DNA of 64,000 nt, from contig OZ246398.1 in assembly GCA_965230995.1 (NCBI GenBank), positions 211,768 through 275,767 of the forward strand, written 5' to 3'. Under the pieces are notes generated by a model. The model was not told the origin of the DNA and did no database searches. It was given only the letters and a program-made list of their open reading frames with translations. The translations under genes were made by a program, and so were the position numbers. This document shows, in pieces, positions 44,990 to 55,016 of this stretch (position 1 is its first letter; each line of letters opens with the position of its first letter). Origin of the DNA: an uncultured Candidatus Saccharibacteria bacterium. Its GTDB lineage: Bacteria > Patescibacteriota > Minisyncoccia > Phycocordibacterales > G965230995.

Positions 44990-45985
44990 ATGTTACTCGG
45001 AAAAGCGTCACCAGACGATATGAATTTGCACCCCATTAGATATCAGTGGGCTTATGATCTATACAATCAAGCTGTGAGAAATACTTGGTTTCCACACGAG
45101 ATTGCATTAAAGGAAGATTTGGATGATTGGCAGAAAATGACAGAAGACGAAAAACATGCGGTGTCTTTCTTGATGGCATTTTTTAATCCAGCTGAACTAA
45201 TAGTCAACCGTTCAATTGCTCTGGGGCAGTACCCTTATCTAAAATCACCAGAGGCTCATCTGTACCTCGCTAAACAAATGTGGGAAGAAGCAAATCACTG
45301 TGTTTCTTTTGAATATGTTTTGGAAACATTTCCTTTCGACAAAGAAAAAATATACAACGTACATCTAAACACTCCTTCTATGCTCGCAAAGGAAGCATAT
45401 ATAACAAAATATATGAAGAGAATGACTGAGGATGTTTTGGATATAGAATCCAGAGAAGGGAAGAAAGATTTTATCAGAAATCTTGTTGCTACAAATATAG
45501 TGATGGAAGGAATCTGGTTCTATTCTGGTTTTATGGTTGCTCTGTCTTTCAGACAAAGAAATCAGCTTAGAAATTTCGGTTCAATGATTAACTGGGTACT
45601 TAGGGACGAATCATTGCACCTACAATTCGGAATGAATCTCATTCACAATGTTCTAGAAGAAAATGCAGAATTGGTAACAGAGGATTTTGCAAATGAAATA
45701 AGAAATATAATTATCGAAGGAGTAAATCTTGAAAGTGATTACAATAAAGACCTGTTTCCACGGGGAATTCTCGGCCTAAATGCTGACTATGTGAATCAAT
45801 ATGTTCAGTATGTTGCAGACAGAAGACTCGAAGAATTGGGACTTGCAAAACACTACAATGCGACAAACCCAGCAAAATGGATGAGTACAGCAACGGATGT
45901 GTATGAGCTCGTGAATTTCTTTGAAGCACAAAATACAAGCTACGAAGTAGATGGAGGAGGTCACCAAAAGAAAAAAGAAGAATAG
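44990..45985 (+). CDS. nrdB: Ribonucleoside-diphosphate reductase beta subunit
   Basis: Di-iron ligand motifs EEANHC and the radical Tyr region. 331 aa. Confidence 0.85.
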   Translation: MLLGKASPDDMNLHPIRYQWAYDLYNQAVRNTWFPHEIALKEDLDDWQKMTEDEKHAVSFLMAFFNPAELIVNRSIALGQYPYLKSPEAHLYLAKQMWEEANHCVSFEYVLETFPFDKEKIYNVHLNTPSMLAKEAYITKYMKRMTEDVLDIESREGKKDFIRNLVATNIVMEGIWFYSGFMVALSFRQRNQLRNFGSMINWVLRDESLHLQFGMNLIHNVLEENAELVTEDFANEIRNIIIEGVNLESDYNKDLFPRGILGLNADYVNQYVQYVADRRLEELGLAKHYNATNPAKWMSTATDVYELVNFFEAQNTSYEVDGGGHQKKKEE

Positions 45986-46074
45986 TTAAAAATGATGTTA
46001 TCAACATCAAAGCTATTTTTTTATTTCAAATCAAATATAATATAAACTATATTATAAATTTATATTCTTTCTAA

Positions 46075-48228
46075 ATGAAAAAAACCATCTCGATTATCTC
46101 CCTTTTTTTGTTGTCTCTTGTTTTTGCAACACCTCTATCTGCATACACATGTACAGAACTAACTCAAAATCTAAAATTTGGTTCAAATGATGAAAAAATA
46201 GGTGGAACTGAGGTTTTGCAATTAAAGCAATTTCTAAAAGATGGTGGATATCTAAAAACTAAATTAAATGGTTCGTTTGGAGGTGAGACAACAGTAGCTC
46301 TGCGTAAATTCCAAAAAGAACAAGGTATTATCGCTTCAGGTACTGTTGCAACTGGTTATGGAGCGACGGGTCCGCTTACAAGAGAGAGAATAAAAGCAAT
46401 ATCCTGTTCTACGAACCCGCCAACAGAAGATGATAACGTTCCGACACAACCAACTATAGTTCCAACTATCAATATAACTGCACCAACCTCTGGTTCATTT
46501 GAAGCGGGAAAGAACGTAACTGTAAAATGGACATATACAAATCTTAAGGCGTCAGATACTGTTGATATAGTTCTCAAAAAGGGTAACGAAGAAGTTTTTA
46601 AATTAGAAAAGACGAAAAACGACAAAAATCAGTCAGTTACATTACCGTCAAATTTAACCACGGGATCGGATTACAAGTTTTTTGTTGCTTATACAAATAC
46701 TAAGGGCATAAAATACGAAGGATTCACTAGTAATCTTTATATTAATGGGTTAGTGTTAGATTCAATGTTTGTCTTACCTAAACCAGGAAGCAGTTTTCAA
46801 AGTGGCGGAAAGATAAAGATTGAATTAAAAGAAGCTGTCTCACAGGATGTTAAACTTTCTTTGTTCAAAAAAGAAAACGGGTACGAAGATGTTTTTTATT
46901 ATGCAATGTATAGTACAGATCTAACTGAAAAGAAAACTACTATAAATTTGCCAAAAAATATTTCTTCAGGAAACTATTATTTTAAACTAAATAATAGCAC
47001 GGAAGAGTCCCTTGATGGTATAGGTATTGCCAGTGGCGTATTTACAATAGAAAATAAAAAAGAATTACCAAACATTTCTTTTTATGGAAACGGACCTCAA
47101 AAACCATTAATTATCGGTACTGAAAATAATATAAAATGGACTGCTGAAAATATTGGAAGTAAGGAGTTAAGAGTTGATATGGATTTTTGTGCCCGTTTTT
47201 CTCAAGAAATAAGTGATGTGGAATGTGTAGGAGTAGGAAAAATCTTAGTGTCTGGTAATGGTAGTGGTGAGAAAAATATCTTACCTGTTTTGCCTAATAC
47301 TAAAGTTCCTACCAAATACATTGCCGGATTAGATAAAACAATGATTCCACATTACTTTTCGCTTCTTCCTGGTGAAAAATATGTCGCTTTTTATACTTAC
47401 GAAGATAATAGCGATTATTTAACAAGGGGAAAAATTAAAACTGTATATCCGTTTAATATTGACATGCCAATTACGACAGAAACTGTATCTGCTGGATCTG
47501 AGGTTAAAGTAAATGCCACATCACCGCTTCCAGAAGGCTCCGAAGTTACTGTTTCTGTTGATTTAAAAACTAGCGGTACATCTGAACAAAAGGATTATTT
47601 TGTTGAAAATCTAAAAGTCATAGACGGTAAGATAAGTACTAGTTTTAAAATTCCTGAAATTACAAATTTAGGGGTGGCTATAGTAAAAGTCACCTACAAA
47701 ACCGTAACGATGTTTGCAAAAGTAAATTATAAGGCAAACACAAATAGAAAAGTTTACTTTGGGGAAGGATTACCCAAGAAAGCTAATTATTCAAACATGT
47801 TTTTTTGCGATGTACCGATGAAACTTAGATTAGAAGGATTTCCTTCTTATGATACATTAACTTTCGCAATACCAGTTGGATATGCCTATGATAAATTAGG
47901 TAGGACCGGATATTCTTACAAGAGTGTATCATCCACGATTGATGCTGATGGCTATGCAAATATAACCTTTCCAAAAGCACTGAACGATCTCAAGGGACAT
48001 GAGTTCACTTATATTGATATTATGGGTGCAGATGGAACAAACTATGGAAGTAATTTAGATCGGTTTCGTTTCGAACAAGAAGTAGTAAATGTCAGCCGGC
48101 TTCGATGTATGATGTGGGTAAGAGAAAAAACCACAGCTGTAGAAAATCAAAAAATCAATAGTGTTGCAACAATTATTGAGTCATCAAGAGATATTCTTGA
48201 ATTGATTTTCCACATATTTAAAAGATAA
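46075..48228 (+). CDS. Secreted protein with an N-terminal peptidoglycan-binding (PGB1-like) domain followed by Ig-like repeats
   Basis: Signal peptide. GGTEVLQLKQFLKDGGYL...ALRKFQKEQGI resembles PG_binding_1. Confidence 0.5.
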   Translation: MKKTISIISLFLLSLVFATPLSAYTCTELTQNLKFGSNDEKIGGTEVLQLKQFLKDGGYLKTKLNGSFGGETTVALRKFQKEQGIIASGTVATGYGATGPLTRERIKAISCSTNPPTEDDNVPTQPTIVPTINITAPTSGSFEAGKNVTVKWTYTNLKASDTVDIVLKKGNEEVFKLEKTKNDKNQSVTLPSNLTTGSDYKFFVAYTNTKGIKYEGFTSNLYINGLVLDSMFVLPKPGSSFQSGGKIKIELKEAVSQDVKLSLFKKENGYEDVFYYAMYSTDLTEKKTTINLPKNISSGNYYFKLNNSTEESLDGIGIASGVFTIENKKELPNISFYGNGPQKPLIIGTENNIKWTAENIGSKELRVDMDFCARFSQEISDVECVGVGKILVSGNGSGEKNILPVLPNTKVPTKYIAGLDKTMIPHYFSLLPGEKYVAFYTYEDNSDYLTRGKIKTVYPFNIDMPITTETVSAGSEVKVNATSPLPEGSEVTVSVDLKTSGTSEQKDYFVENLKVIDGKISTSFKIPEITNLGVAIVKVTYKTVTMFAKVNYKANTNRKVYFGEGLPKKANYSNMFFCDVPMKLRLEGFPSYDTLTFAIPVGYAYDKLGRTGYSYKSVSSTIDADGYANITFPKALNDLKGHEFTYIDIMGADGTNYGSNLDRFRFEQEVVNVSRLRCMMWVREKTTAVENQKINSVATIIESSRDILELIFHIFKR

Positions 48229-48242
48229 GTTTAAATAAAAAA

Positions 48243-48277
48243 GGCACGGACGTCGTAGGCGTCCGTGCCTTTTTTTA
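48243..48277 (+). terminator. Rho-independent terminator
   Basis: aaggcacggacgc-cgtag-gcgtccgtgcc followed by TTTTTTT. Confidence 0.6.
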
Positions 48278-48312
48278 TTGTGATACCACAAAATATAATG
48301 TAGTATAGCGTT

Positions 48313-49182
48313 ATGTCAAAAAAGGCTGATTTTATCGCAAAAGCAGATTCTGGGTATGAACTCATTGATTCAGGAGAAGGCGAAAAGCTCGAACGCTTTG
48401 GAGAATATATTTTGAGGAGACCTGATCCGCAAGCTTTGTGGCAAAAGAAACTCGGCGAAGATATCTGGAATGAAAACCACGGACATTTTTTGTCTTCTAA
48501 AACAGGAGGAAGTTGGAAAAATAAAAAAGTTCCAGAAAAATGGACAGCAAAAATTGCAGACATCACATTTGAACTTTCTCTGTCTACTTTTAAACACGTC
48601 GGAGTTTTTCCAGAACAAATGCCGAATTGGTTATGGATGAGAGATGTGATAAAAAATGCAGGAAGACCAATCAAAGTCTTGAATCTCTTTGGTTATACAG
48701 GAGGGGCTACAATCAGCGCTCTTCTCGCTGGTGCTTCTGTAACTCACATTGACGCTTCGAAAGTTGCACTGACATCTGCAAATAGAAATGCAGAATTATC
48801 AGGCGTGTCGGGTATGCCTGTTCGTTGGATTCCAGAAGATGCAAGAAAGTTTGTCGAACGGGAAATTAGACGTGGTTCAAAATATGATGCCATCATTATG
48901 GATCCACCGTCTTTTGGACACGGAGCAAAAAATGAATTATGGAAAATAGAGGATGATTTGCTACCTTTAATTCAATTAACTTCAAAAATTTTATCTAATG
49001 AACCACTATTTTATATCCTAAACGGATACGCTTCTGGTTTTTCACCTGCTGTTTACAAACAAAATATTGATTGGCTAGAAAAAGAATACGGAGGAAATAT
49101 TGAATACGGAGAATTGTTAATCGAAGAGCGAGGAGGGGATAGACATCTGCCCGCTGGAATTTGCGCTCGCTATTCAAAATAA
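48313..49182 (+). CDS. Class I SAM-dependent methyltransferase, RlmI/RlmK-like rRNA methyltransferase fold
   Basis: VLNLFGYTGGATI SAM motif I and IIMDPPSF motif IV. Confidence 0.55.
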   Translation: MSKKADFIAKADSGYELIDSGEGEKLERFGEYILRRPDPQALWQKKLGEDIWNENHGHFLSSKTGGSWKNKKVPEKWTAKIADITFELSLSTFKHVGVFPEQMPNWLWMRDVIKNAGRPIKVLNLFGYTGGATISALLAGASVTHIDASKVALTSANRNAELSGVSGMPVRWIPEDARKFVEREIRRGSKYDAIIMDPPSFGHGAKNELWKIEDDLLPLIQLTSKILSNEPLFYILNGYASGFSPAVYKQNIDWLEKEYGGNIEYGELLIEERGGDRHLPAGICARYSK

Positions 49183-49209
49183 TCTATATCTTTGTGATAT
49201 AATTTTCGT

Positions 49210-49692
49210 ATGAAAAAGAGTTTTTCTTTTGCTAAAGATATTACTGGAGAATTCAAAAAATTTGCTTTACGCGGAAGTGTTATTGATTTGGCAGTCGGTG
49301 TCATAGTCGGAGCGGCTTTTAACAAAATAGTTAATTCGCTTGTGAGCGATATTATTATGCCTCCGCTTGGGTTTATCCTTGGTAGAGTAGACTTTTCGGA
49401 ACTGTATCTCACTTTATCTAGTTCAAAATTTGAATCACTAGCAAAGGCAAGAGAAGCTGGGGTTCCGGTAATTGCTTATGGGCTATTTATAAACGCGTTA
49501 ATTGCTTTTGTAATCACCGCATTTGCAATATTTATTGTAGTAAAATTCATAAATAAACTTAAAGACAAAAACGAAAAAGAACCAGAAGCAACACCCACAA
49601 CCAGAGCCTGTCCGTTTTGCTTTACTTCGGTATCGGTAAAGGCATCTAGATGCTCGGCTTGCACAGAAAAAATAGAGCCACTTTCGATGTAA
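49210..49692 (+). CDS. mscL: Large-conductance mechanosensitive channel MscL with a C-terminal four-Cys zinc-ribbon extension
   Basis: [23 protein letters not shown] is the MscL TM1 signature. C-terminal CPFC...CSAC. Confidence 0.8.
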   Translation: MKKSFSFAKDITGEFKKFALRGSVIDLAVGVIVGAAFNKIVNSLVSDIIMPPLGFILGRVDFSELYLTLSSSKFESLAKAREAGVPVIAYGLFINALIAFVITAFAIFIVVKFINKLKDKNEKEPEATPTTRACPFCFTSVSVKASRCSACTEKIEPLSM

Positions 49693-49720
49693 TAAAGCCA
49701 AAATACAAACGTCTATATAT

Positions 49721-50212
49721 ATGGGAGATATTGGAAAAAAAGATTTTTTTGAAAAAGTATATGATGAAATGGCGGATCCAATATACCGGCACTGTTTTTT
49801 CAGAGTAAACAATAAAGAAACAGCCGAAGACCTCGTTTCAGAAATTTTTCTCAGATTTTGGAGAGAAATTGAAAAGGGGACTGTTATAAACGATCCAAAA
49901 AGCTGGCTTTATCATATAGCACGTAATGCAATAATCGACTATTACCGAAAGAAAAAATCCGATTCTCTCGATTCTAAAATGGAGGATGGCTTCGAAGCAT
50001 CAAATCCCGAAGATAGTGAAAATATAGAAATAAATGCCGAAATCAGTCTCGTGATGAAAAGGATAGAAAACCTTTCTTCTGATGAAAAAGAAATAATCAT
50101 AATGCGTTTTATGGACGGACTAGAAGTAAAAGAGATTGCAAAAATAATCGGCAAATCACCAAATGCAACCAGTGTAGTAATTCATAGGGCAATAGAAAAG
50201 ATCAAAAAATAA
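49721..50212 (+). CDS. ECF-family RNA polymerase sigma factor
   Basis: Region 2 (LVSEIFLRFWR) and a region 4 helix-turn-helix (EVKEIAKIIGKSPNATSV). Confidence 0.8.
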   Translation: MGDIGKKDFFEKVYDEMADPIYRHCFFRVNNKETAEDLVSEIFLRFWREIEKGTVINDPKSWLYHIARNAIIDYYRKKKSDSLDSKMEDGFEASNPEDSENIEINAEISLVMKRIENLSSDEKEIIIMRFMDGLEVKEIAKIIGKSPNATSVVIHRAIEKIKK

Positions 50213-50213
50213 T

Positions 50214-51005
50214 ATGGAAAATGAAAAAGACATTGCGAATATGTTTCAGGTAGGGGATAGAATAAAGCTTGACCCGAAGAAAAAACAGGATATTAAAATG
50301 TCTATTTTAAATTCGCGTTTGGTTTTTGAGAAAAACAACTTTTTCTCGATGTCATTTGTCTTTAAATATGCGTATATTCCTCTTGCTTTGGTTTTGATTT
50401 TTGTTGGAAGTTTTGGAATAAAAATTGGAAAGGATAGCAGAGATTTGAAAACTGCTATGGAAAAGGTTGTTATGGAAAGCGATGGAAATTCTCCTGTGTC
50501 TATGAATATATCTACAGGCCAAGAAGGTGGTAGAGGAAGTGCGTCTGGTATGGGTGCGGGGGGAGAAGACGTATTCAGAAGCGCTCCAAAAATGCAGAGC
50601 GCAACTGCTCCTGTACCAGAATCTTTTGCGCCTGCTACTGCTATGGTATTGCCAGAACCCACTCCAGAAATAATTTTTGATTACAAAACAGAAGGTCTTT
50701 TGGGAGGATATGACAGATTAAAACCTATTGTTCTAAAAGTTATTGCTACAAACATAACATCAGAAAAACAAACAATCATATCAAACAAAGGTTGTGTTTC
50801 GTATTATGTTGTTGACTCATTCGATTCTAGGGAAGGAAGATCTTGTTCTGATGCGTATGGTGAAGCTGTAGTTGCACCGGGCGAAAATTTTGAATGGACT
50901 ATTGAAATTCCAATTCAAAATATGAATTTGTCTTTTGGAACACACACCCTAACTTTTGGTATTGAGAAATATTTCGAAAAGACTGCCGAGTTTGTGGTAG
51001 AATAG
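50214..51005 (+). CDS. Putative membrane-spanning anti-sigma factor
   Basis: Starts 2 nt after the sigma factor gene. Single TM then an extracytoplasmic domain. Confidence 0.45.
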   Translation: MENEKDIANMFQVGDRIKLDPKKKQDIKMSILNSRLVFEKNNFFSMSFVFKYAYIPLALVLIFVGSFGIKIGKDSRDLKTAMEKVVMESDGNSPVSMNISTGQEGGRGSASGMGAGGEDVFRSAPKMQSATAPVPESFAPATAMVLPEPTPEIIFDYKTEGLLGGYDRLKPIVLKVIATNITSEKQTIISNKGCVSYYVVDSFDSREGRSCSDAYGEAVVAPGENFEWTIEIPIQNMNLSFGTHTLTFGIEKYFEKTAEFVVE

Positions 51006-51006
51006 A

Positions 51007-51873
51007 ATGATGAAATCTCTTTCTGGAAAAATAATTAAAAAAGAAATAGGCGAAGCTCTAAAGGAGAGGATTCAGGGTTTTGATGAAAAATTATCTCTGT
51101 CAATAATCCAAATCGGTAATAGAGAAGATTCTACTGCATATATAGAACAAAAAAATAAATTCGGCGAGGAAATCGGTGTGGATGTATCCATACACAAATT
51201 TTCAGAGAGAACTTCCGAGGACGAAGTAATATCTTTGATAGAAAAATTAAATTCTGATAATTCTGTAACGGGAATTATTGTTCAGTTGCCAATTCCAGAA
51301 TATTTGGATGAAAAGAGAATAATCAATTCTATTGATGTAGGTAAAGATGTTGATGGTTTGACTTTCAAAAATTTGGCTCTTTTGTATCAAAATAAAAGGG
51401 GGATATTACCTGCAACTGCAAGAGCCGTGATGACTTTGGTAGATTATTACGATATCGAAGCCTCTGGGAAAAACGTGGTTGTTGTCGGCAGATCAATGTT
51501 AGCAGGAAAACCTATTGCAATGTCTTTTTTGAATAGAAACGCAACAGTGACAATTTGCCACAGCCAAACAAAAGATTTGCCTTCGATAACAAAAACAGCA
51601 GATATAATTGTCGTCGCAACAGGGGTAAAACATTTGATTAAAAAAGAACACGTGAAGGACGGACAGATTGTAATTGATGTCGGAATACACAGTGTGATGT
51701 CTGAAAAGGGGGAATTAGAAATTGCCAACAAAAAATACACTGGAGATGTTGATTCGAAAGAAGTTTCAGAAATAGTAGAAGCCCTAAGCCCTGTTCCTGG
51801 TGGGGTAGGCCAGCTCACAGTGGCTTGTTTGTTTGAAAACTTGCTAGATGTGTACAGAGAAGCAAATAATTAA
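51007..51873 (+). CDS. folD: Bifunctional methylenetetrahydrofolate dehydrogenase / methenyl-THF cyclohydrolase
   Basis: VVVVGRSMLAGKP and PVPGGVG motifs. 288 aa. Confidence 0.85.
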   Translation: MMKSLSGKIIKKEIGEALKERIQGFDEKLSLSIIQIGNREDSTAYIEQKNKFGEEIGVDVSIHKFSERTSEDEVISLIEKLNSDNSVTGIIVQLPIPEYLDEKRIINSIDVGKDVDGLTFKNLALLYQNKRGILPATARAVMTLVDYYDIEASGKNVVVVGRSMLAGKPIAMSFLNRNATVTICHSQTKDLPSITKTADIIVVATGVKHLIKKEHVKDGQIVIDVGIHSVMSEKGELEIANKKYTGDVDSKEVSEIVEALSPVPGGVGQLTVACLFENLLDVYREANN

Positions 51874-51935
51874 TTGTAATATTTTTCCTTTTCTCGCGTC
51901 TTAATAAATGTATCAATAAAATTAATATAAAAAAT

Positions 51936-52733
51936 ATGAATACACCATTTGAAGAAATGCAGGGAAGAAGTTCATTAAAAACAACAGCAATCGTCGTGCT
52001 TGCTGTATTAGGAATATTCCTTGTTGCACAAACCGTTGGAACTATACTTACATATAAGAATATAGACAACGGACAGTATCCATCAAAAACTATGACCTTT
52101 TCAGGAAAATCTGAAGTCATGGCAGTTCCAGATGTCGCCACATTTACTTTTTCAGTAACAAAAGAAGCTAAGACTGTAGATGAAGCACAAAAAATGGTTC
52201 AGGATATTATTTCAAAAGCAAAAGAAGCACTTGATAAATCAGGAATAGAGAATAAAGACATAAAAACAGTCAGCTATAATGTAAATCCAAGATATGAATA
52301 TACTGGTGGCACAGCCTATGTTGCACCAAAGAGAAATTTTGTTGGATATGAGGTGACCCAAACAACACAGGTTAAAGTTCGAGACGCAAGCAAGAGTGGA
52401 GAGGTTCTAGGAAAAATGGGTTCAGTTGGAGCCACAGACATAAGTAGCATAATGTTTGATATAGATGATAAAGAAGCATTGCAAAAGCAAGCAAGAGAAG
52501 AAGCGATAGCAGAAGCAAAAGCAAAAGCCGAATCTCTTTCAAAGGAATTAGGTATAAAATTGGTTGGAATTATAAGTTTCTATGAAGACAACAATAATTA
52601 CCCACAACCATACTACGCTTACGATTCAGCTATGGTAAAGGGAATGGGAAGTGCAGAGGCGGTAGCGCCAACACTTTCTCCAGGAGAAAACAAAATAATA
52701 TCTAATGTAAATATCACTTACGAGATAAAATAA
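51936..52733 (+). CDS. SIMPL-domain (DUF541, BP26/YggE-like) protein
   Basis: N-terminal TM. Pattern typical of the SIMPL family. Moderate certainty. Confidence 0.5.
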   Translation: MNTPFEEMQGRSSLKTTAIVVLAVLGIFLVAQTVGTILTYKNIDNGQYPSKTMTFSGKSEVMAVPDVATFTFSVTKEAKTVDEAQKMVQDIISKAKEALDKSGIENKDIKTVSYNVNPRYEYTGGTAYVAPKRNFVGYEVTQTTQVKVRDASKSGEVLGKMGSVGATDISSIMFDIDDKEALQKQAREEAIAEAKAKAESLSKELGIKLVGIISFYEDNNNYPQPYYAYDSAMVKGMGSAEAVAPTLSPGENKIISNVNITYEIK

Positions 52734-52749
52734 AAAAACAAACAAGAAA

Positions 52750-52781
52750 AGCGGGTTGCCTAACGGCAACCCGCTTTTCTA
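52750..52781 (+). terminator. Rho-independent terminator
   Basis: aaaagcgggttgcc-taac-ggcaacccgctttt. Confidence 0.55.
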
Positions 52782-52842
52782 ATCCACAATCTAATAAAAA
52801 TATCTCCAAATAAATGTTATTATTAATACAATAGCTATATTT

Positions 52843-55014
52843 ATGCACGAAGAAAGAATTTTAAAAAACAAAATAAAATCCTTCGTTTTTCCGATGGAAT
52901 TTTTTGCTGTTTTTATTTTATTTTTTCTTACATTTCCGTATTTTGCTTCTGCTGGTCAAGTTACACTACCTCCAAACAATCTCGGTCTAGTGGGGTATTG
53001 GTCCTTTGAGGACGCTACGGGTACTGTCGCAACAGATTTTTCTGGTAATGGCAATGCAGGAACACTCACAAACGGCCCTACATGGACAACAGGTAAAATC
53101 GGCAAGGCAGTGAGTTTTGACGGATCAAATGATTTTGTTGAAATAGCAAATGCCTCTAGTCTTAATAATTCAAATGGAACTATTAGTACATGGGTCTATG
53201 TCACTGAAACAGTCCTAGTCAACGCAGGACAAATAGTTTCTATATCAAATGGGGCATCGACACAAAACTATATTCAATTTTACTATTATAATAACAAGGT
53301 ATACTTTTCCCTTGCTGATAATTCTACAACCTTGTTTGGGTTTAATACCCCAATCAGTTACAGTCAATGGTTTAATGTTACAGTTGTTGGCGGGTCAAGT
53401 GGAAATGCAGTCTACATAAATGGTGTGGCAGTATCTCCAACTTATTACGTTGGTGATAATACTGTTACTGCGTGGCTGGATGACTTAACTAGTATTACTA
53501 ATGCAAGGATCGGTGCTACTAGGTACAACAATACAGACGATAATTTTTTTAAAGGATATATCGATGACGTCCGCATCTACTCCCGCGCACTCTCTGCCAC
53601 CGAAATCTCAAACCTCTACAATCGTTCAAGCAAAAACCGCACAATACAATCATCACAAAAGAATCTAGTTCCAAATGGTCTAGTAGGCTACTGGTCTTTT
53701 GATGGTTCTGATATATCAGGAACATCAGCATATGACAGATCAGGTAACAACAATACTGGTACACTAACTAATGGCCCAACAGTTGCGATTGGAAAGGTAG
53801 GTCAGGCATTGGTTTTAAGCGGTAATGTTGCTGTAGTAGATTTTTCTTTTAAAAATAGTCACAATATACCAATCGCGTATTCTTTTTGGGTAAAAAACAC
53901 ACTTGCTGAAACAAAATATTTATTTGCAGACATATCACAAACTGAGGGCATACAGTCCTATATTGATGCTAGTGGTAAATTTAATTTTCAGATTTGTTCT
54001 TCCGGATCTTGCTATACATTAACCTCAAATACAGCAGTTAATAATGGCAACTGGAGACATGTTGTGGTTGCCTGGGACGGAACAACAAATGTTAATACTG
54101 TTCAAATATACGTAGATGGTATTCTTGATGCACAAGGGACATCAACTAAAACAACAACCACGCCAGATTGTGGTTTTGTAATAGGTGGGTATAGGCCAAG
54201 TAATGCATGTGGTGCCGTAGAAACATTAAATACTTATGTTGGTTCAATTGATGAATTTAGAATCTACAACCGCGCACTCACCACATCAGAAATCAATCAG
54301 CTCTACAAAGCAGGTGAAGCCAAACTTCAAGCAACACAAAACTCTAAACTAACAAACGGTCTGGTAGGTCTCTGGTCCTTTGATGGTCCAGATATTTCTG
54401 GAACTACAGCGTATGACAGAAGCGGTAACGGTAACAACGGAACGCTCACCAACGGCCCAACAGTTGCAATTGGAAAAGTAGGGCAAGCACTGCAGTTTGA
54501 TGGAACGAATGATATCGTCGCCATTTCAGATAGCGCCTCTCTGGAACCTGGTGCAAGTGATTGGACAATTTCACTTTGGTCATATGTTAATGATATTAGT
54601 AGATACAACCAAGTAATGGGCAAATGGACAGCAACAGGAGAAGACCAGAGAACTTACGCTTTTGTATATGACACAGGAAGTAACGGCAAAATGTATCTCG
54701 TAACATCAAATAATGGCACTAGTGCCAAGGTGACATACAGTGATGGTGGGGCAATAGTACAACAAACTTGGCAACACGTTGTTGTGGTTAAATCTGGTAC
54801 AGAAGTCACATTTTACGTTAATGGAGTAGCTGTTGGAGACGATGGAACTGCAGTTGATTCAACAATGTACAGTTCAACATCAGGAACGTACCTTGGAAAT
54901 TATGAAGTCACCTCAAATGCATATAACTTTGGTGGGAAGCTCGACGACGTCCGTATTTACAACCGCGCGCTTTCCACAAGTGAAATACAAATGCTGTATA
55001 ATATGGGGAGATAA
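52843..55014 (+). CDS. LamG-like repeat surface protein, paralog 2
   Basis: Same N-terminal module (AGQVTLPPNNLGLVGYWSFEDATGTVATDFSGNGN) and C-terminal module (DDVRIYNRALSTSEIQMLYNMGR) as 940..3165, with different middle domains. Confidence 0.75.
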   Translation: MHEERILKNKIKSFVFPMEFFAVFILFFLTFPYFASAGQVTLPPNNLGLVGYWSFEDATGTVATDFSGNGNAGTLTNGPTWTTGKIGKAVSFDGSNDFVEIANASSLNNSNGTISTWVYVTETVLVNAGQIVSISNGASTQNYIQFYYYNNKVYFSLADNSTTLFGFNTPISYSQWFNVTVVGGSSGNAVYINGVAVSPTYYVGDNTVTAWLDDLTSITNARIGATRYNNTDDNFFKGYIDDVRIYSRALSATEISNLYNRSSKNRTIQSSQKNLVPNGLVGYWSFDGSDISGTSAYDRSGNNNTGTLTNGPTVAIGKVGQALVLSGNVAVVDFSFKNSHNIPIAYSFWVKNTLAETKYLFADISQTEGIQSYIDASGKFNFQICSSGSCYTLTSNTAVNNGNWRHVVVAWDGTTNVNTVQIYVDGILDAQGTSTKTTTTPDCGFVIGGYRPSNACGAVETLNTYVGSIDEFRIYNRALTTSEINQLYKAGEAKLQATQNSKLTNGLVGLWSFDGPDISGTTAYDRSGNGNNGTLTNGPTVAIGKVGQALQFDGTNDIVAISDSASLEPGASDWTISLWSYVNDISRYNQVMGKWTATGEDQRTYAFVYDTGSNGKMYLVTSNNGTSAKVTYSDGGAIVQQTWQHVVVVKSGTEVTFYVNGVAVGDDGTAVDSTMYSSTSGTYLGNYEVTSNAYNFGGKLDDVRIYNRALSTSEIQMLYNMGR

Positions 55015-55016
55015 AA

